Part shown: positions 38,548-51,695 of the stretch, piece after piece
How positions within the stretch are numbered: the first letter of the stretch is position 1
Layout of the letters: each line of letters opens with the position of its first letter
NCBI GenBank assembly: GCA_964035545.1
Contig: OZ037772.1
Coordinates: 3,067,538-3,131,537, forward strand
DNA from: Bugula neritina
Taxonomy: Eukaryota > Animalia > Bryozoa
Direction of reading: 5' to 3'
Length of the DNA stretch: 64,000 bases
Notes under the pieces: model-generated
The model's database searches: none
Told to the model about the DNA's origin: nothing
What the model saw: the letters and a program-made list of their open reading frames with translations, nothing else
Translations under genes and position numbers: made by a program

Positions 38548-39001
38548 ACCAACCTTTTTCATACCATTCCATTTTCATACATGTTTACTATTAATTATCC
38601 CCCCTTTATAAAAAGCAATATTTTTTCTATTACATTTGAATATAATATAGTTATTTCTGATAATTATATTATGCATGTATAAAACACAGAGCAGTTCAAT
38701 TATTAATATTATGGCTGCAGCTGATGACATTGTGTCAGCTTGCTTTCAAACCTCCCACCCCAACCCCTAAACCCCAACCCCAATATTGTAATTAAAAACA
38801 CATTCATGTAGAAGTAGACTGAGATGGCAGAACTGGTTAAATAGATAAGCTAAGATAAATGCTTATAGATATACATGTAACTTGCAAGAGCTCAAAAGTC
38901 TTCAACAAACTGCTTGAAATTTTCAAAATCGAAATCCAGGCTCCCCCTAAAAAGCCCAAATTCCCTCTTATAGGGGGATTCCCCCAGGTTGGGAACCACT
39001 G
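38548..39001. mobile_element. Degenerate hAT-like MITE
   Basis: Right end GGTTGGGAACCACTG; left end only partial (CCAACCTTTTT). Confidence 0.4.
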
Positions 39002-42000
39002 TGTTGGATTGACTTGTGTTTACTATCTCCTTTCCTGTGATTAGAAACATGTATGATGTTGTCATGACAACACAGTTACTGTGGCACAAAGTATAGTTTA
39101 CTAGTATGTAGTGATTGTGTAGTGAGAGTGGAGTGTATGGTTATTGTCCAGGGTTATGTGTAATCTGTAAGGAGTAGAATTATATTATTTTAATATAATG
39201 TTGAGGTACTTCTATAATGGCAGTTTGCTCAATAGCTTTAGTTCTATTGCGATAGACTCATAGCTCTGGAGTCTAGCAGCTGCTACTATTACCACTAGCT
39301 GTTCAAAATTCAGCCAACATCCGGGCTGCCAAAGTGTAATAGCCATTGACAAGGCCAAGCAGTCACTGGGAAATTATTTGACTAAAGAGCAGGTCTTATG
39401 ACAATTAGACAGGAAACAATGATTCTGTGACCTATTTAGTTAAATCCAGAGCTGACCTTTTGATTGATTATTAGATAGCCATCACAATTGTATTTGGTAC
39501 TATATAATATTATGGGGTGTCAATCAGTGTCTAATATAATCTGTGAATTGAGTGTCTACTTTAGTTGGTTACTTCTTCTACCACCAGTCAGTTGTATTAA
39601 GTGTTACTTTGTACTGAGTCATGAATCGTGTTAAGGATTTGGGCCTATATTATGCCAACCCCTCCTCTGACTTAGACTGTGATCCAACCTGCTGCACATA
39701 CATAGTAGTACTACACTGAAGATAGTTAACATGTGTATGTGTCATCCTACTAGTAATGGATTACTAACTAAAACTTATCCTATGACTCACTCTTCTTATG
39801 ATAGCTGCACGCGATAGACAACACTCACACGTGACACGCACTCACAGTGCACTAGCTCTTGAAACATTGCCAAGGATGATGAAATGACAGTTTTGCGCCA
39901 CTCCTAGCAGTTAGAGTGGCAGGGAATAGTTGTAGTATGTTGTAGTATTGGCTCCTCAGAATTTACACCTCAGTAATTAGTTGCATTGCACAAACTTGCA
40001 ACAGTAGTGAATAATTATTGACAATATGGCCTCCACTCAGCAGTTAACTAGTAATTTATCTTGTCATTTTACTCTACAAATTACAGTTGAGTCTGTTTGT
40101 TGAGTAGCAGTTCTTTGTCATGAGTGACTATTTTCCAGCATATTAGGTACATAATATAGTCAAGTGTGTTTGTGTGATAGCCTGTGGTCTATATAATGAA
40201 TGTGTGTTGATGAGTGATGAGTATTTATATGAGCATTTGTCAAAGACATAGCTGTGTGTGTGGATGGAGTATTTCATTACTTGAGATATACTAAACACAG
40301 CTAACACAGGCAACATACTGATTGCTATATATTGTAGGAAAGATCACTATGACATCACAGATCCCACAACACTACCAGTAGCTCAGCATGGAGATCCCTT
40401 AGAATACAAGTCTCCACCCAAACCTGCACCCATTCCCTGCGATGTGTGTAAAGGTGGAACACAAGCTGCTGTGTTTTGTCTTGAGAGTCAAAAGAAATTA
40501 TGTCAGCAGCATCAAGAAGTGAGTCTTTCTTATGTCATTTCTCAAGATTAGTTACTAAACCAGTTCTGGTTTGTATGTAGAATATTATTGAAAAGAAATG
40601 TTGAGTCTGTGTGACTTTTTATACTAAACACACAGTTTCACAGTGCAGTGAGTCAACTATGACAGACTTGTTGGTGAAAATACAACCAACTAAACTGTTG
40701 ACCTTTATTATACAGAATCACAGAGAGCTGATGGGAAATAGACATCAGTTTATTGACATTGAGGTCTACAGAGCTTCTCCCCAAAGATATACTATAACTG
40801 AATGTGAACATCATAAACAGGAACAGCTGACAGAAGTGTGTTCCAAGTGTCACCAGATATTCTGTATGAGATGTGATATGAGGACTGGCTGTAAGGATAA
40901 GACAGGTATTTACTTGCTGTTTATATTTCTGTAGGAAGAAACTGAGAAATGTTACAAGAAACTGTTATTTATTATTTTATTATTAAAGTGAGTTATGTAA
41001 CAGTAAAAGAGTAAGTAAGTTTGTCAGCATTAAGGTTTGTGTGAGACAGAAGTGGATGGTGCAGGAGTTTATATTCTCACTGTTATGTTGAATATTTAGT
41101 ATATTTCATTCTTCAAGTGTTTGTTTCCTTGATAAGATGGTATAGGCATAGCTTTAACTCAGTTGTGTCCCACCTTTTTTATAAATGTTTTCTATTAAGT
41201 TTCCGCCTCTTTGATAAAATTGTAATAAATGGAGACACTCTGGATACTATCAGCTCAGTGAAGAACACCAACAGCTACATGGTGGTGGGAGATAATCCAA
41301 CCTGAAGGGTTGGTGGTTGGCAGCTGGTGTAACAGAGATAACGAAGAGGAGGAAACAGCTGAAGTCTCACTTCTTGATCCGAACTCCTTTGAGAAGACTC
41401 GCTCTCTCTACAAGCATTCAGTAGATGGACCCTTCGCTTACTATAGAACAGCTCAGCACGACTCACTGCTCTATATTGTAGACTGGAGAGAGAAACAGCT
41501 GGTAGTCTGTAATCTAGTTGACAATAAAATACAGAAGTTCCCACTTCCTGAGATGAAGGACCCTTACCCTGTATGCATCCTCCCAGACTCAACTCTCCTC
41601 ATAGGAGACTTCACTGTAGATGGTAAAGTGAGAAGATATAAAGTGGAGAACACAACTCTCACTCTAATGTGGGAGTTTCCTCACATCTCACGACCAACTG
41701 GTATTTCCTTTGATCCAACATCTGAACTGATTCACATCTGTACACTGGAAGGACCTCTCCTCATCCTCTCACTTGAAGGTAAATACTCTGTTTATTATAG
41801 TAAGTCTAGTTATTTTATATATAATTATGTTGTAGTATATAATATATTATAATAATTAACAGTAAACAACTTCCACTCATAAGATATATTATGATATTGT
41901 TAGTATTTATCAAGTCACTGATGTTATTTTTAGCTAAAAGTTATGTAATAAAGAGTGTAACATGCTGATAGTAGATGTTATGTTCTTCATCACATGACTT

Positions 42001-42185
42001 GTAGCTAATAATAATATTAGTGAATAATACTGTCTCCCTGCAATAAGTTTATTTCCAGCTGCAGTAACATGCAGGATGTAAGCACAGGTAAAAGTGTATA
42101 TTATATTGTATAGGTTTAAGGTGTACTCTGTGTAGTGTGCAGTGAGCTCTTATAGTAAACTCTCTATTCAGTCTTCCTTTCAAAG

Positions 42186-42270
42186 GGTTCACCTGGTAGA
42201 GTAGAGGATAGGGACTCCACACTGCTGAGTGAGTTGGTGCTGCAAGGGGTTCAAACCCACCTATCAGCAT
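42186..42270 (+). mobile_element. Possible tRNA-derived SINE head
   Basis: A-box-like TGGTAGAGTAG and B-box GGTTCAAACCC. Confidence 0.35.
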
Positions 42271-44493
42271 GTCTAGTTAGTATACTATGCAAGTGTTTTA
42301 CAGTAATTTTAGAGGTACTCAGTCTAACAACTGTGCAGACTGTCAGCTACACATGAGTTATGAGTTGTAGTTTGACTTCAGTCTAGTGCTGCTATTGTTT
42401 TGGTCATCAGATAATTTAAATATAAATAATTTGATACTTTTGACTGCCATTACTGAGACTATGTAATTTGATGATGGCTGATAGAGCAGTGTTTGCTGGT
42501 GGGACTCAGGTGGCTGTGGTTGGTTCTTGTCGAGTATTTTATACGTGATAATGTTGGAGTAGCTGCAGTAGTATTAGAAGTAGACGTGTGGGTGTGTTCT
42601 TGTTAAGAGCCACAGGCTAAGTTTGTGGGTCAAGGTCAATACAGTTGTATAATGAGACACTATTTTCTGCTGTTTAAATATTTACTTCATGCATGTAACC
42701 TTCTTAGTTCCATCTTTAAAGGCAGTCTGTCTGTTTCTCTCAATACACACCAACTGATACAATATGATGCTATTATTTACAGGTCAACTGGTGCTTACTG
42801 TTCCCAGAGAAAGTCTTGGTGTGAGTGCCTGGGTGTTTGACATTGCTGTGTATAACAGAGACACAGTGTTTCTAGCAGGTGGAGATGATGGTCTGAGGAG
42901 ATACACAATAAAATACTAAATTTATTAGCAACAGTTTACTAATAATCAGCTCAGTGAGGTGCTGAGAGATAAAATGGATAATATTTGTCATCAACATAGT
43001 TGGATTCATTACAATTCATCATTACACACACTCTGTATTTATAGTTAGATACGAGATGTTTTACTGTATCAAATATATGTTGCCATTTTACTATCTAATA
43101 AAGTTTATTTACTAGCGAAAATATAGTCTGTTTTCATGCCTCATTAGCTTTAGTTCAAGTTGAGTTCACTTACTAAAAAATAATTTTTACTGGAGCAGTA
43201 ACTGTAAATGACTTGTCTGCAGGAGAATTTATTCACTGAATTGACATGCAGGTGCAAGTAACTCCAACATGACTAAGTAAATTTATTCCAACCATTCACA
43301 ATGTTATACATTCCATTGCTGTGCAAACAATAGCATTGAGTAGCCAATCAAATTGTTTCTTGTCATGCATTCAGGAATCTGATAAATAATATATAAGGCA
43401 ATCAACTAGATATAAGCACTGTTTTACTCTACACATGAGCTGTCTGTGATGCAGCTGCTTTGTAAACTGTGTGTAATTTGATAAGTTTAGTTCTATTGGT
43501 TGCAGTTTAATTATGACATGTTCACCATTATGTAATATTAGAGGACAACTCCTATCCAGTGTGCAGTGGTAGTATACTATTAGTCAAAGGGAGTGCTCAG
43601 TATAATATAAATAGCTGACCTCTCCTACACCAACACTCCTGAACACCAGCCAGACGACAAGGACTCTTGAACACCACTCAGGTTAAAGGACTCCACCCAC
43701 CCAGGCACCCCTGAACACCATTCAAGGCAGACGTGTTCTGGATCATAGTCTTAACTCCTCACAGACTAAGACAGGAGCTGGAGTCATCCTCACAGCCAAG
43801 CAACCCATGCCAATATACCAACCCTAGCTAACCTGAATACTACAACTTATATATTATAGTATTCGGAATAACTCCAAAGTAGCATATTTCTGTTAAAACA
43901 ACATTAATAATAAACAGATAAATTATACATTTACTGATTCAATCACTATTTGAGTTTTCAAATTGAAATTCAATAAGAGACATCAGCAATTAATAATCAT
44001 ATGTTATGTAATAATACATGCAACAAAAAGGCATCACTCTAAAATTTAACAAAATGTATTAGCAGTTATCTATACTGAGATTATAATGTAATACTAATGT
44101 TGTATAAAGTATTAAACTATCAACCCCTCTCTCATATTATTTAACTTTTGACCTACAAACAATGATTAAATCATTTTCTTGTTGCTATACTGTCTTTTTT
44201 TTAGTTGGCTCACAGAAACAGTTTCAATCTAACAATGTAGTGTTGATACAAATCAGAGTATATAAGCTCAACAATAAAACAGAAAGAAATAATTATCCTC
44301 AATATCCTAAGGAATATTCCAGAGAACACTGCAGGCTAAGCTAAGATATTTTACAACTACATGCAGTTGACATAACTTCATGAATTGTGGACCATTTTGG
44401 TGTTTCTGTGTGCACAGACAAGTTGTAATGACTCCAACAGAAATTTTTTTAGTAGGTTTCAGTTCATCTTGAATATAGTACAGCTTGTTGTCA

Positions 44494-44714
44494 TTTGGCC
44501 TCAATATTATTGATGATACACTACCTTGTTTGGCCTCAATAGTATTGATGGTACACTACCTTGTTTGACCTCAACAGTATTGATGGTAGACTACCTTGTT
44601 TGACCTCAATAGTGTTGATGGTACACTACCTTGTTTGGCCTCAACAGTATTAATGGTACACTACCTTGTTTGGCCTCAACAGTATTAATGGTACACTACC
44701 TTGTTTGGCCTCAT
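44494..44714. repeat. 35-bp minisatellite (CTACCTTGTTTGGCCTCAACAGTATTGATGGTACA)n
   Basis: Tandem array, ~6 copies. Confidence 0.92.
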
Positions 44715-45585
44715 TAGCCTTGCTAATATAAAATTAAGAGCACAACTTGCAAGATTTAACTAATTTAACTTGGTTCATATTATGATGTTAATATGTTGAC
44801 ATTCATAACCTCTGATATATTTCTATGTTTATAACCTATCAATATGCTCTGATCTACAGTCTTTATTGCCATTCAAGGTGTTGCTCACTGCTGGTCAACC
44901 CCATTAACCCCCAACTTACTGTCTACATAGAAAACTGTCTGCTTTCCCTTCATGGCACATAGCTCATACAATGTGTATATTTGCTTTTGCACACTCATTA
45001 CATAAAACACCAGCCATTGTGTTAAAAGTAGAGTTTTGTTGTATAGTCTCCCATATTGGAACATGGCCTTAAGATTTGTAGTTTCTGAGGCTTTTATTAA
45101 GCTAATGCAGGAGAAAATTGCTAAGAATTTACTGCAGTGAATCTTTGTATAAGCATTACTTATGAAATGCATATCTGTGGAATACTTGATCTACTCTGTA
45201 TCATGTAAACTAACTTACACACAAGTTATATACAGCTACTACTTGATAAGGAAGTAATAGACTTACACTAACAGAGTTATTGACATGAAAAAGTAAATAA
45301 TATTTAAATTGTGATGACTAAGTAAGTAGATGAGTCATAAACCAGTCAAAAATTAATTTCTACAAACAAACTTTATTGAGTGAATGTGACTACAGAGTCT
45401 TGACAACATAGCAGAGTAAATATGTTACATAATCATTACTATCAACATCAAATACTGCATATAAACAGTGCAAGTTCTGTGGAATATATAATATTATACT
45501 GTGAGTAGAACACCATATATTATATTTGACATGTACTATTGATGACCTCACTGAGCTGATTATTAGTAAACTGTAGCTGATAAGT

Positions 45586-45719
45586 TTAGTATTTTATTGT
45601 GTATCTCCTCAGACCATCTCTACATGCTAGAAACACTGTGTCTCTGTTATACACAGCAATGTCCCACACCAAGTCACTCACACCAAGACTTTCTTTGGGA
45701 ATTGTTACCATCAGTCCAC
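45586..45719 (-). pseudogene. Orphan terminal exon of a paralogous TRIM/propeller gene, within an inverted duplication (~45545-46335 vs ~42455-42965)
   Basis: GGLMVTIPKESLGVSDLVWDIAVYNRDTVFLACRDGLRRYTIKY* vs GQLVLTVPRESLGVSAWVFDIAVYNRDTVFLAGGDDGLRRYTIKY*; the upstream intron is also homologous. Confidence 0.88.
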
Positions 45720-46339
45720 CTTTAAAAAATATAATGTCAGATTGAATCAGTTTGAGACAAACAGACAGACTACAGTGACATCACAACAGCTGACACCACT
45801 ACAAGCAAGTTTCTACTTTCTAGTATAATATAGTAACTGAAATATATTCGATAATAATACAATAAATTTCAAATATATTTCTCACTCAGAAAGACTTCCT
45901 TTAAAGATGCAACTAAGCAGATTATGTTGAAAATAATAAAGTTCTACCAGTCAGTATTGAATGATTCAATGAGCTACTCTACTGTTTACTTCATAATAAA
46001 TGACAACATGGAGAGACTCGACATAGAAATTTACCCCCTCAGCAAATATGATTATACAGGAGAGAAGATATATAATATAAGTATTACATACATGAAGTAA
46101 ATATTCTAACCGAAAATAGTGTCTCATTATACAACTGCATTGACCTTGACCCACAAACTTAGCCTGTGGCTCTTATATAGAACAAACCCACATGTCTACT
46201 TCTAATAATACTGCTACTGCAGCTACTCCAACATTATCACATATTAAATACTTGACAAGAACCAACCGCAGCAACCTGAGTTAAACCAGCAAACACTGCT
46301 CTACCAGCCATCATCAAATTACACTAATCTCAGCAATAA

Positions 46340-46862
46340 TTACATAACATAAGTTATATTACATGATATAAGATATATTACATGATATAAGTTATATTAC
46401 ATGATATAAGATATATTACATGATATAAGATATATTACATAATATAAGATATATTACATGATATAAGATATATTACATGATATAAGATATATCACATGAC
46501 ATAAGATATATTACATAATATAAGATATATTACATAATATAAGATATATTACATAATATAAGATATATTACATGATATAAGATATATTACATAATATAAG
46601 ATATATTACATGATATAAGATATATTGCATAATATAAGATATATTACATGATGTAAGATATATTACATGATCTAAGATATATTACATGATATAAGATATA
46701 TTGCATAATATAAGATATATTACATGATGTAAGATATATTACATAATATAAGATATATTACATAATATAAGATATATTACATAATATAAGATATATTACA
46801 TAATATAAGATATATTACATGATATAAGATATATTACATGATATAAGATATATTACATAATA
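46340..46862. repeat. 19-bp satellite (TATATTACATRATATAAGA)n
   Basis: Tandem array. Confidence 0.97.
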
Positions 46863-47096
46863 TTTATATTATAATCTTTCTATAATGTATAATCTTGCAT
46901 ACACATACAGCCATTAAAACCTCTTGCCATTTAGTTTAAGTTTATCAATTTAGACACAGAATGCATTTGATCTTCAGTCCCATGACTGTCAAAACAGCAC
47001 ATTTCACATTCATTGGTTATACAAGAGATTGTTTCCCAATAATAGCAGCGTTACTCTAAATTGAAAAAAAACTATAAAGTTATCAGGTAATTAAAC

Positions 47097-47297
47097 AGAG
47101 TCATCTAAAGGGTATAGATATAGAATAAGTATATTGAATAGAGTCATCTAAAGGGTATAGATATAGAATAAGTATATTGAATAGAGTCATCTAAAGGGTA
47201 TAGATATAGAATAAGTATATTGAATAGAGTCATCTAAAGGGTATAGATATAGAATAAGTATATAGAATAGAATCATCTAAAGGGTATAGATATAGAA
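47097..47297. repeat. 43-bp minisatellite, ~4.7 copies
   Basis: AGAGTCATCTAAAGGGTATAGATATAGAATAAGTATATTGAAT tandem. Confidence 0.95.
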
Positions 47298-47732
47298 TGG
47301 TAACCACAGACATCAGAAGAAGCAGAAGACACTTTCTACCACTAGACGTACCTCTTTGAAGGGAAGCTCCCGGAGTAGGAATTGTCCCATCATGACCATG
47401 CGGGCCACCCAGAAGAAGAGGATGTCGAGTCCAGTCTCTAGCAGAGTACCCGGGTAGTAGGCTTGCAGGTCGGGGGTGTTATCTGGCCACCCCATAGTCT
47501 AGAAAGGAAATATTCCAGAACTAAACCATGTGTCCAGCACATCCTCATCTGTATAACAGGCAGGAAATGGAATAATGTTCAGAGTTGTCTTCTCTGACAA
47601 ACTGAAACTGGGGTTAATTTACTCAAAGGAAATGTCTAGTCCGTGAACAAAAGAAAGTAAATTATCAATAAGTAGTTAGAGAAATGTAGCTCGATGCTTT
47701 ACTATAAAGGAGAAGAGAGAGTTGGAGGTGTG

Positions 47733-48245
47733 TACATACTCAATATATACTCAATACATACTCAATACATACTCAATATATACTCAATACATACTCAATA
47801 TATACTCAATATATACTCAATACATACTCAATATATACTCAATATATACTCAATACATACTCAATAAATATTCAATGCATACTCAATATATACTCAATAC
47901 ATACTCAATATCTACTCAATATATACTCAATACATACTCAATATATACTCAATACATACTCAATGCATACTCAATACATACTCAATACATACTCAATACA
48001 TACTCAATACATACTCAATATATACTCAATACATATTCAATAAATACTCAATACATACTCAATACATACTTAATACATACTCAATACATACTCAATATAT
48101 ACTTAATACATACTCAATATATATTCAATACATACTCAATACATACTTAATACATACTCAATATATACTCAATACATACTCAATAGATACCCAATATATA
48201 CTCAATATATACTTAATATATACTCAGTATATACTTAACATACAC
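47733..48245. repeat. 11-bp satellite (AYATACTCAAT)n
   Basis: Tandem array in a VARS intron. Confidence 0.96.
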
Positions 48246-48454
48246 TTGAGCTGTCATATGGAATAGACTTACCCTGGCTAAGACTGATGACATTTGGATG
48301 TACGTTAAACTTCATTGCTGCCTTTTACAGCGCTTCATGATAGGATCTGCCAGTCACCCAGTAGTTGCTGTCACTAAACTATGTAAAATATACAGAGGTT
48401 AAGAGGTCACTAGACTATGTAAAATATATAGAGGTTAAGAGGTCACTAGACTAT

Positions 48455-48910
48455 CACCGGCTTTCCATGTACCGATCTCAGATCGATCTCAGCGAGATCG
48501 ATCCATGGAAAGACGCCAAAGATCGATCTCCGTCGATCTGAGCTGGTCGGTCTGTGGAGCTCGAACTCAGATCGATCTCATGTCAATAAGACCATGGAAA
48601 GACGCCAGATCGATTAAAAAATTAAAACTAATTATTTTGAATTGGCCAAATTACCATACACTGAAAACTTTGCTGCGTATCGTTTATAGCTGGGATTAAA
48701 TTTTAGATTACTACCATCTGGTTTTCAACAGTAGTAGCTTTAATCACTCAAATAGGTGAACAAATTATATTTTTAAAGTATCCTTCACTTAAGAGGAGGC
48801 AACTTCGCGGGATCGATCTGACACTCTCATGGAAAAACGATCGATCTGAGCACATGTCTCAGATCGATCTCAGCGAGATCGATCTGAGATCGGTACATGG
48901 AAAGCCCGTG
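48455..48910 (+). mobile_element. CAC-ended (CACTA/EnSpm-like) MITE with GATCGATC repeats
   Basis: TIR CACCGGCTTTCCATGTACCGATCTCAGATCGATCTC / mirror at right end; 3-bp TSD TAT, judged against empty minisatellite units. Confidence 0.88.
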
Positions 48911-48949
48911 TATGTAAAATATATAGAGGTCAAGAGGTCACTAGACTAT

Positions 48950-49381
48950 CACGGGCTTTCCATGTATCGATCTCACTGAGATCGATCTAAGAAATGTGCT
49001 CAGAGTGTCAGATAGATCTCACGGAGTTACCTCCTCTCAAGTGAAAGATACTTTAATAGTATAATTTGCTCACCAATCTGACTGATTAAAGCTACTGCTG
49101 TCAAAAACAAGATTGTTGCAGTCTAAATTTAATGCCAGCTATAAACTATACTATAATTTTATATAATCGAGTTTTCTTAATCATCGTACTGAAAGTCAAA
49201 GTTTGGCATCTGAAAATATGACTATCATAATTAATAAGTAATTTGCTGAGTAATTATCAATAACTTATCATTTTTATTAGCAGACAGCATTTTAGCGAAC
49301 ATTTATTTTTCTACTTCTCAGATCGATCCTTCGTCTTTCCATGGTCTTATTGCCTTGAGATCGATCCATGGAAAGCCGGTG
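48950..49381 (-). mobile_element. Second copy of the same MITE family, opposite orientation
   Basis: CACGGGCTTTCCATG...CATGGAAAGCCGGTG; TSD TAT. Confidence 0.85.
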
Positions 49382-49506
49382 TATGTACAAGATGTAGAGG
49401 TAAAGAGGTCACCAGACTATGTACAAAATATAAAGGTCAAGAGACTATGTAAAATATACAGATGTCAAGAGGTCACTGAGCTATGATGAACAATGTACAA
49501 TATAAT

Positions 49507-49604
49507 CACGGGCTTTCCATGGACGACTGAGATCGATCTTTGATGTCTTTTCATGGAGCGATCTCACCAATATAGATTTGAGATCGATCCATGGAAAGCC
49601 AGTG
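49507..49604. mobile_element. 98-bp minimal derivative of the same MITE family
   Basis: CACGGGCTTTCCATGG...CCATGGAAAGCCAGTG. Confidence 0.75.
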
Positions 49605-49984
49605 AAAGGGTCACCCCCACTCCAGAAATGGCCACACCCACTCCGGAAAGAGCCACACCCACTCTAGAAAGGCCACACCCACTCCGGAAAGGGCCACATT
49701 AAAGGGAATTCATAGTTTATCAACATAAACATAGTCTGTGGTGAATATTAGGTCTGTGCTAAACCCGCTTGCTTTCTGTAAATAACACAAGACAGGATAG
49801 AGAATGAGTCATACCTCAGCCTTAGGTTGCCCCTGGATCTGCACAAAGTAGGCTGGTATTCTGTGCCCCCACCATAGCTGTCTGGAGATACACCAGTCCC
49901 TGGAGTTCCTCAGCCATTTGTACCAAGTGACTGCGTGATAGTCTGGTATGATCTTTAGCTTGCCTGATTCTACTACCTGCAGTA

Positions 49985-50215
49985 TACATACTATGCTATA
50001 GATATAGTATACTATAGATATACTATACTATAGATATACTATGCTATAGATATACTATGCTATAGATATACTATACTATAGATATACTATGCTATAGATA
50101 TACTATACAGTACTAATATACATACTATACAGTACTAATATATACACTATACACAATACTAATATACATACTATACAATACTAATATATTATATACTATA
50201 CATAATATATAATAC
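49985..50215. repeat. 16-bp AT-rich minisatellite (TATACTATAGATATAC-like)
   Basis: Tandem array. Confidence 0.85.
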
Positions 50216-50464
50216 AAGTACCTCTACAGCCTTGGCTGCCATATCGTCACACGCCACATACCACTGTGGTTTGGGTATCGGCTCAATGATATCTTTAGAT
50301 CGACTATAACACAAGAGACCACGGTGTGGAGGTCATTGTTAACAGACAGACTCACATAGTAACAGTTCAACTCAACAGCATTGTAAAATATAGTGGATAT
50401 GTTAATGGAGCTATTCTTTAGGAGAACAAGAGAGGGCAACTTCTATTACATCGAGATCTGTAAC

Positions 50465-50652
50465 TATGAGTCATTTTACTTAATTTAGCACACAGAGCCA
50501 TATACCTCTAGCTTTTAGCTATTGTTCACAGTTGAGCTGCTAATTCAACATTTTAATGTAAGAAACTATACACATTAGCAGCTAAACTGTGAAAAATAGC
50601 TAAGAACCAGAGATATATGGTGTGTACTAAACTAAGTAAAATGACTCGTAAG
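50465..50652. mobile_element. ~190-bp imperfect palindrome (fold-back MITE remnant)
   Basis: GAGTCATTTTACT..AGCTATT..TTCACAGTT.AGCTGCTAAT mirrored by ATTAGCAGCT.AACTGTGAA..AATAGCT..AGTAAAATGACTC. Confidence 0.75.
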
Positions 50653-50899
50653 TAAACATGACTAGAAAAAGTTCAGGATCTAACTGGACGTGTATGAAGA
50701 GGATGTAATGGAACTTGTAGAAATCTAACAAGTTGGGATAAAATTGTAGAGAGAAGACGACTCACCTACATACAGGAACCACCATAGGGTTGTCTTCCTT
50801 TCCTTTGTATAGCCCCAAGTCTTCCAACCTTCTCTGAACAGCTTTACAGGCATCAAACCTGCACATGAAACTTACATGGAGTATAAATTGCTAATGGAC

Positions 50900-51022
50900 T
50901 CACACCTGTCACCTGCTCACACCTGTCACCTGCTCACACCTGTCACCTGTACACACCTGTCACCTGCTCACACATGTCACATGCTTACACATGTCACCTG
51001 CTCACACCTGTCACCTGTACAC
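50900..51022. repeat. 17-bp minisatellite (CACACCTGTCACCTGCT)n
   Basis: Tandem array. Confidence 0.92.
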
Positions 51023-51480
51023 AAATGGTATTAAACAACTAAAACCTATGTAGATCAATATTTTCTTGCTATTAAGTTGACTAATTGTGAAACAGCCAAA
51101 ATAGGAAAATAAGACGTTGTAGTGCAGTGAGCAAGGCAAGTTCAAGCCATACAACTTTAACATGTTGCATTACAGAAGAAAGACCTGCTTCATTTTGGTA
51201 AATAACTATAAGTAATATTGGGAGTTACGCCACCTATGAGTAACAACATGGAGTTGTGTTTCTTTTCATAAACGCAACAATGTAAAAATTACTTGTTTCT
51301 TCGAGGTAGCACAACTCCTAATTGTGTGACATATTTCTAAGTTGAAATGGTTTTTTCTTGCATTATATATTATATAATGCAAGGAAAAACCATAGTAGAA
51401 TTCTTACCTTAGCAGAATACCATATTTGACACACGGATCTGTTAAATTATTTTGTTCCTACGCACAAAAGGCTTTGAGAA

Positions 51481-51695
51481 CACAGGACAACAGGCTATGA
51501 ATATACAGGACAACAGGCTATGAATATACAGGACAACAGGCTATGAATATACAGGACAACGCGCTATGAATATACAGGACAACAGGCTATGAATATACAG
51601 GACAACAGGCTATGAATATACAGGACAACAGGCTATGAATATACAGGACAACAGGCTATGAATATACAGGACAACAGGCTATGAATATACAGGAA
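51481..51695. repeat. 23-bp minisatellite (TACAGGACAACAGGCTATGAATA)n, ~9 copies
   Basis: Tandem array next to a VARS splice donor. Confidence 0.96.

Larger units (their letters stand above)
38061..42919 (+). pseudogene. TRIM-like RING/B-box1/B-box2/beta-propeller (NHL-like) gene, apparently defective; exons 38061-38242, 40338-40518, 40716-40905, 41200-41778, 42783-42919
   Basis: C3HC4 RING CGYC..LPCLHVYC..C..CAYC; B-box CDVC..FCLES..C..H; B-box CEHH..C..C..C..C; propeller blades PYPVCILPD and PTGISFDP. Coiled-coil exons absent (phase 1 to phase 2 clash) and a frameshift/TGA at ~41303. Confidence 0.82.

Noticed and set aside
45586-47548. In-frame VARS-TRIM fusion gene
   Set aside because: The VARS exon ends in phase 0 and the TRIM exon starts in phase 1, and VARS has upstream stops and frameshifts.
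47499-48327. Stop-codon recoding in VARS
   Set aside because: The stops differ (TAA, TAG) and come with frameshifts and missing exons, so decay is the simpler explanation.
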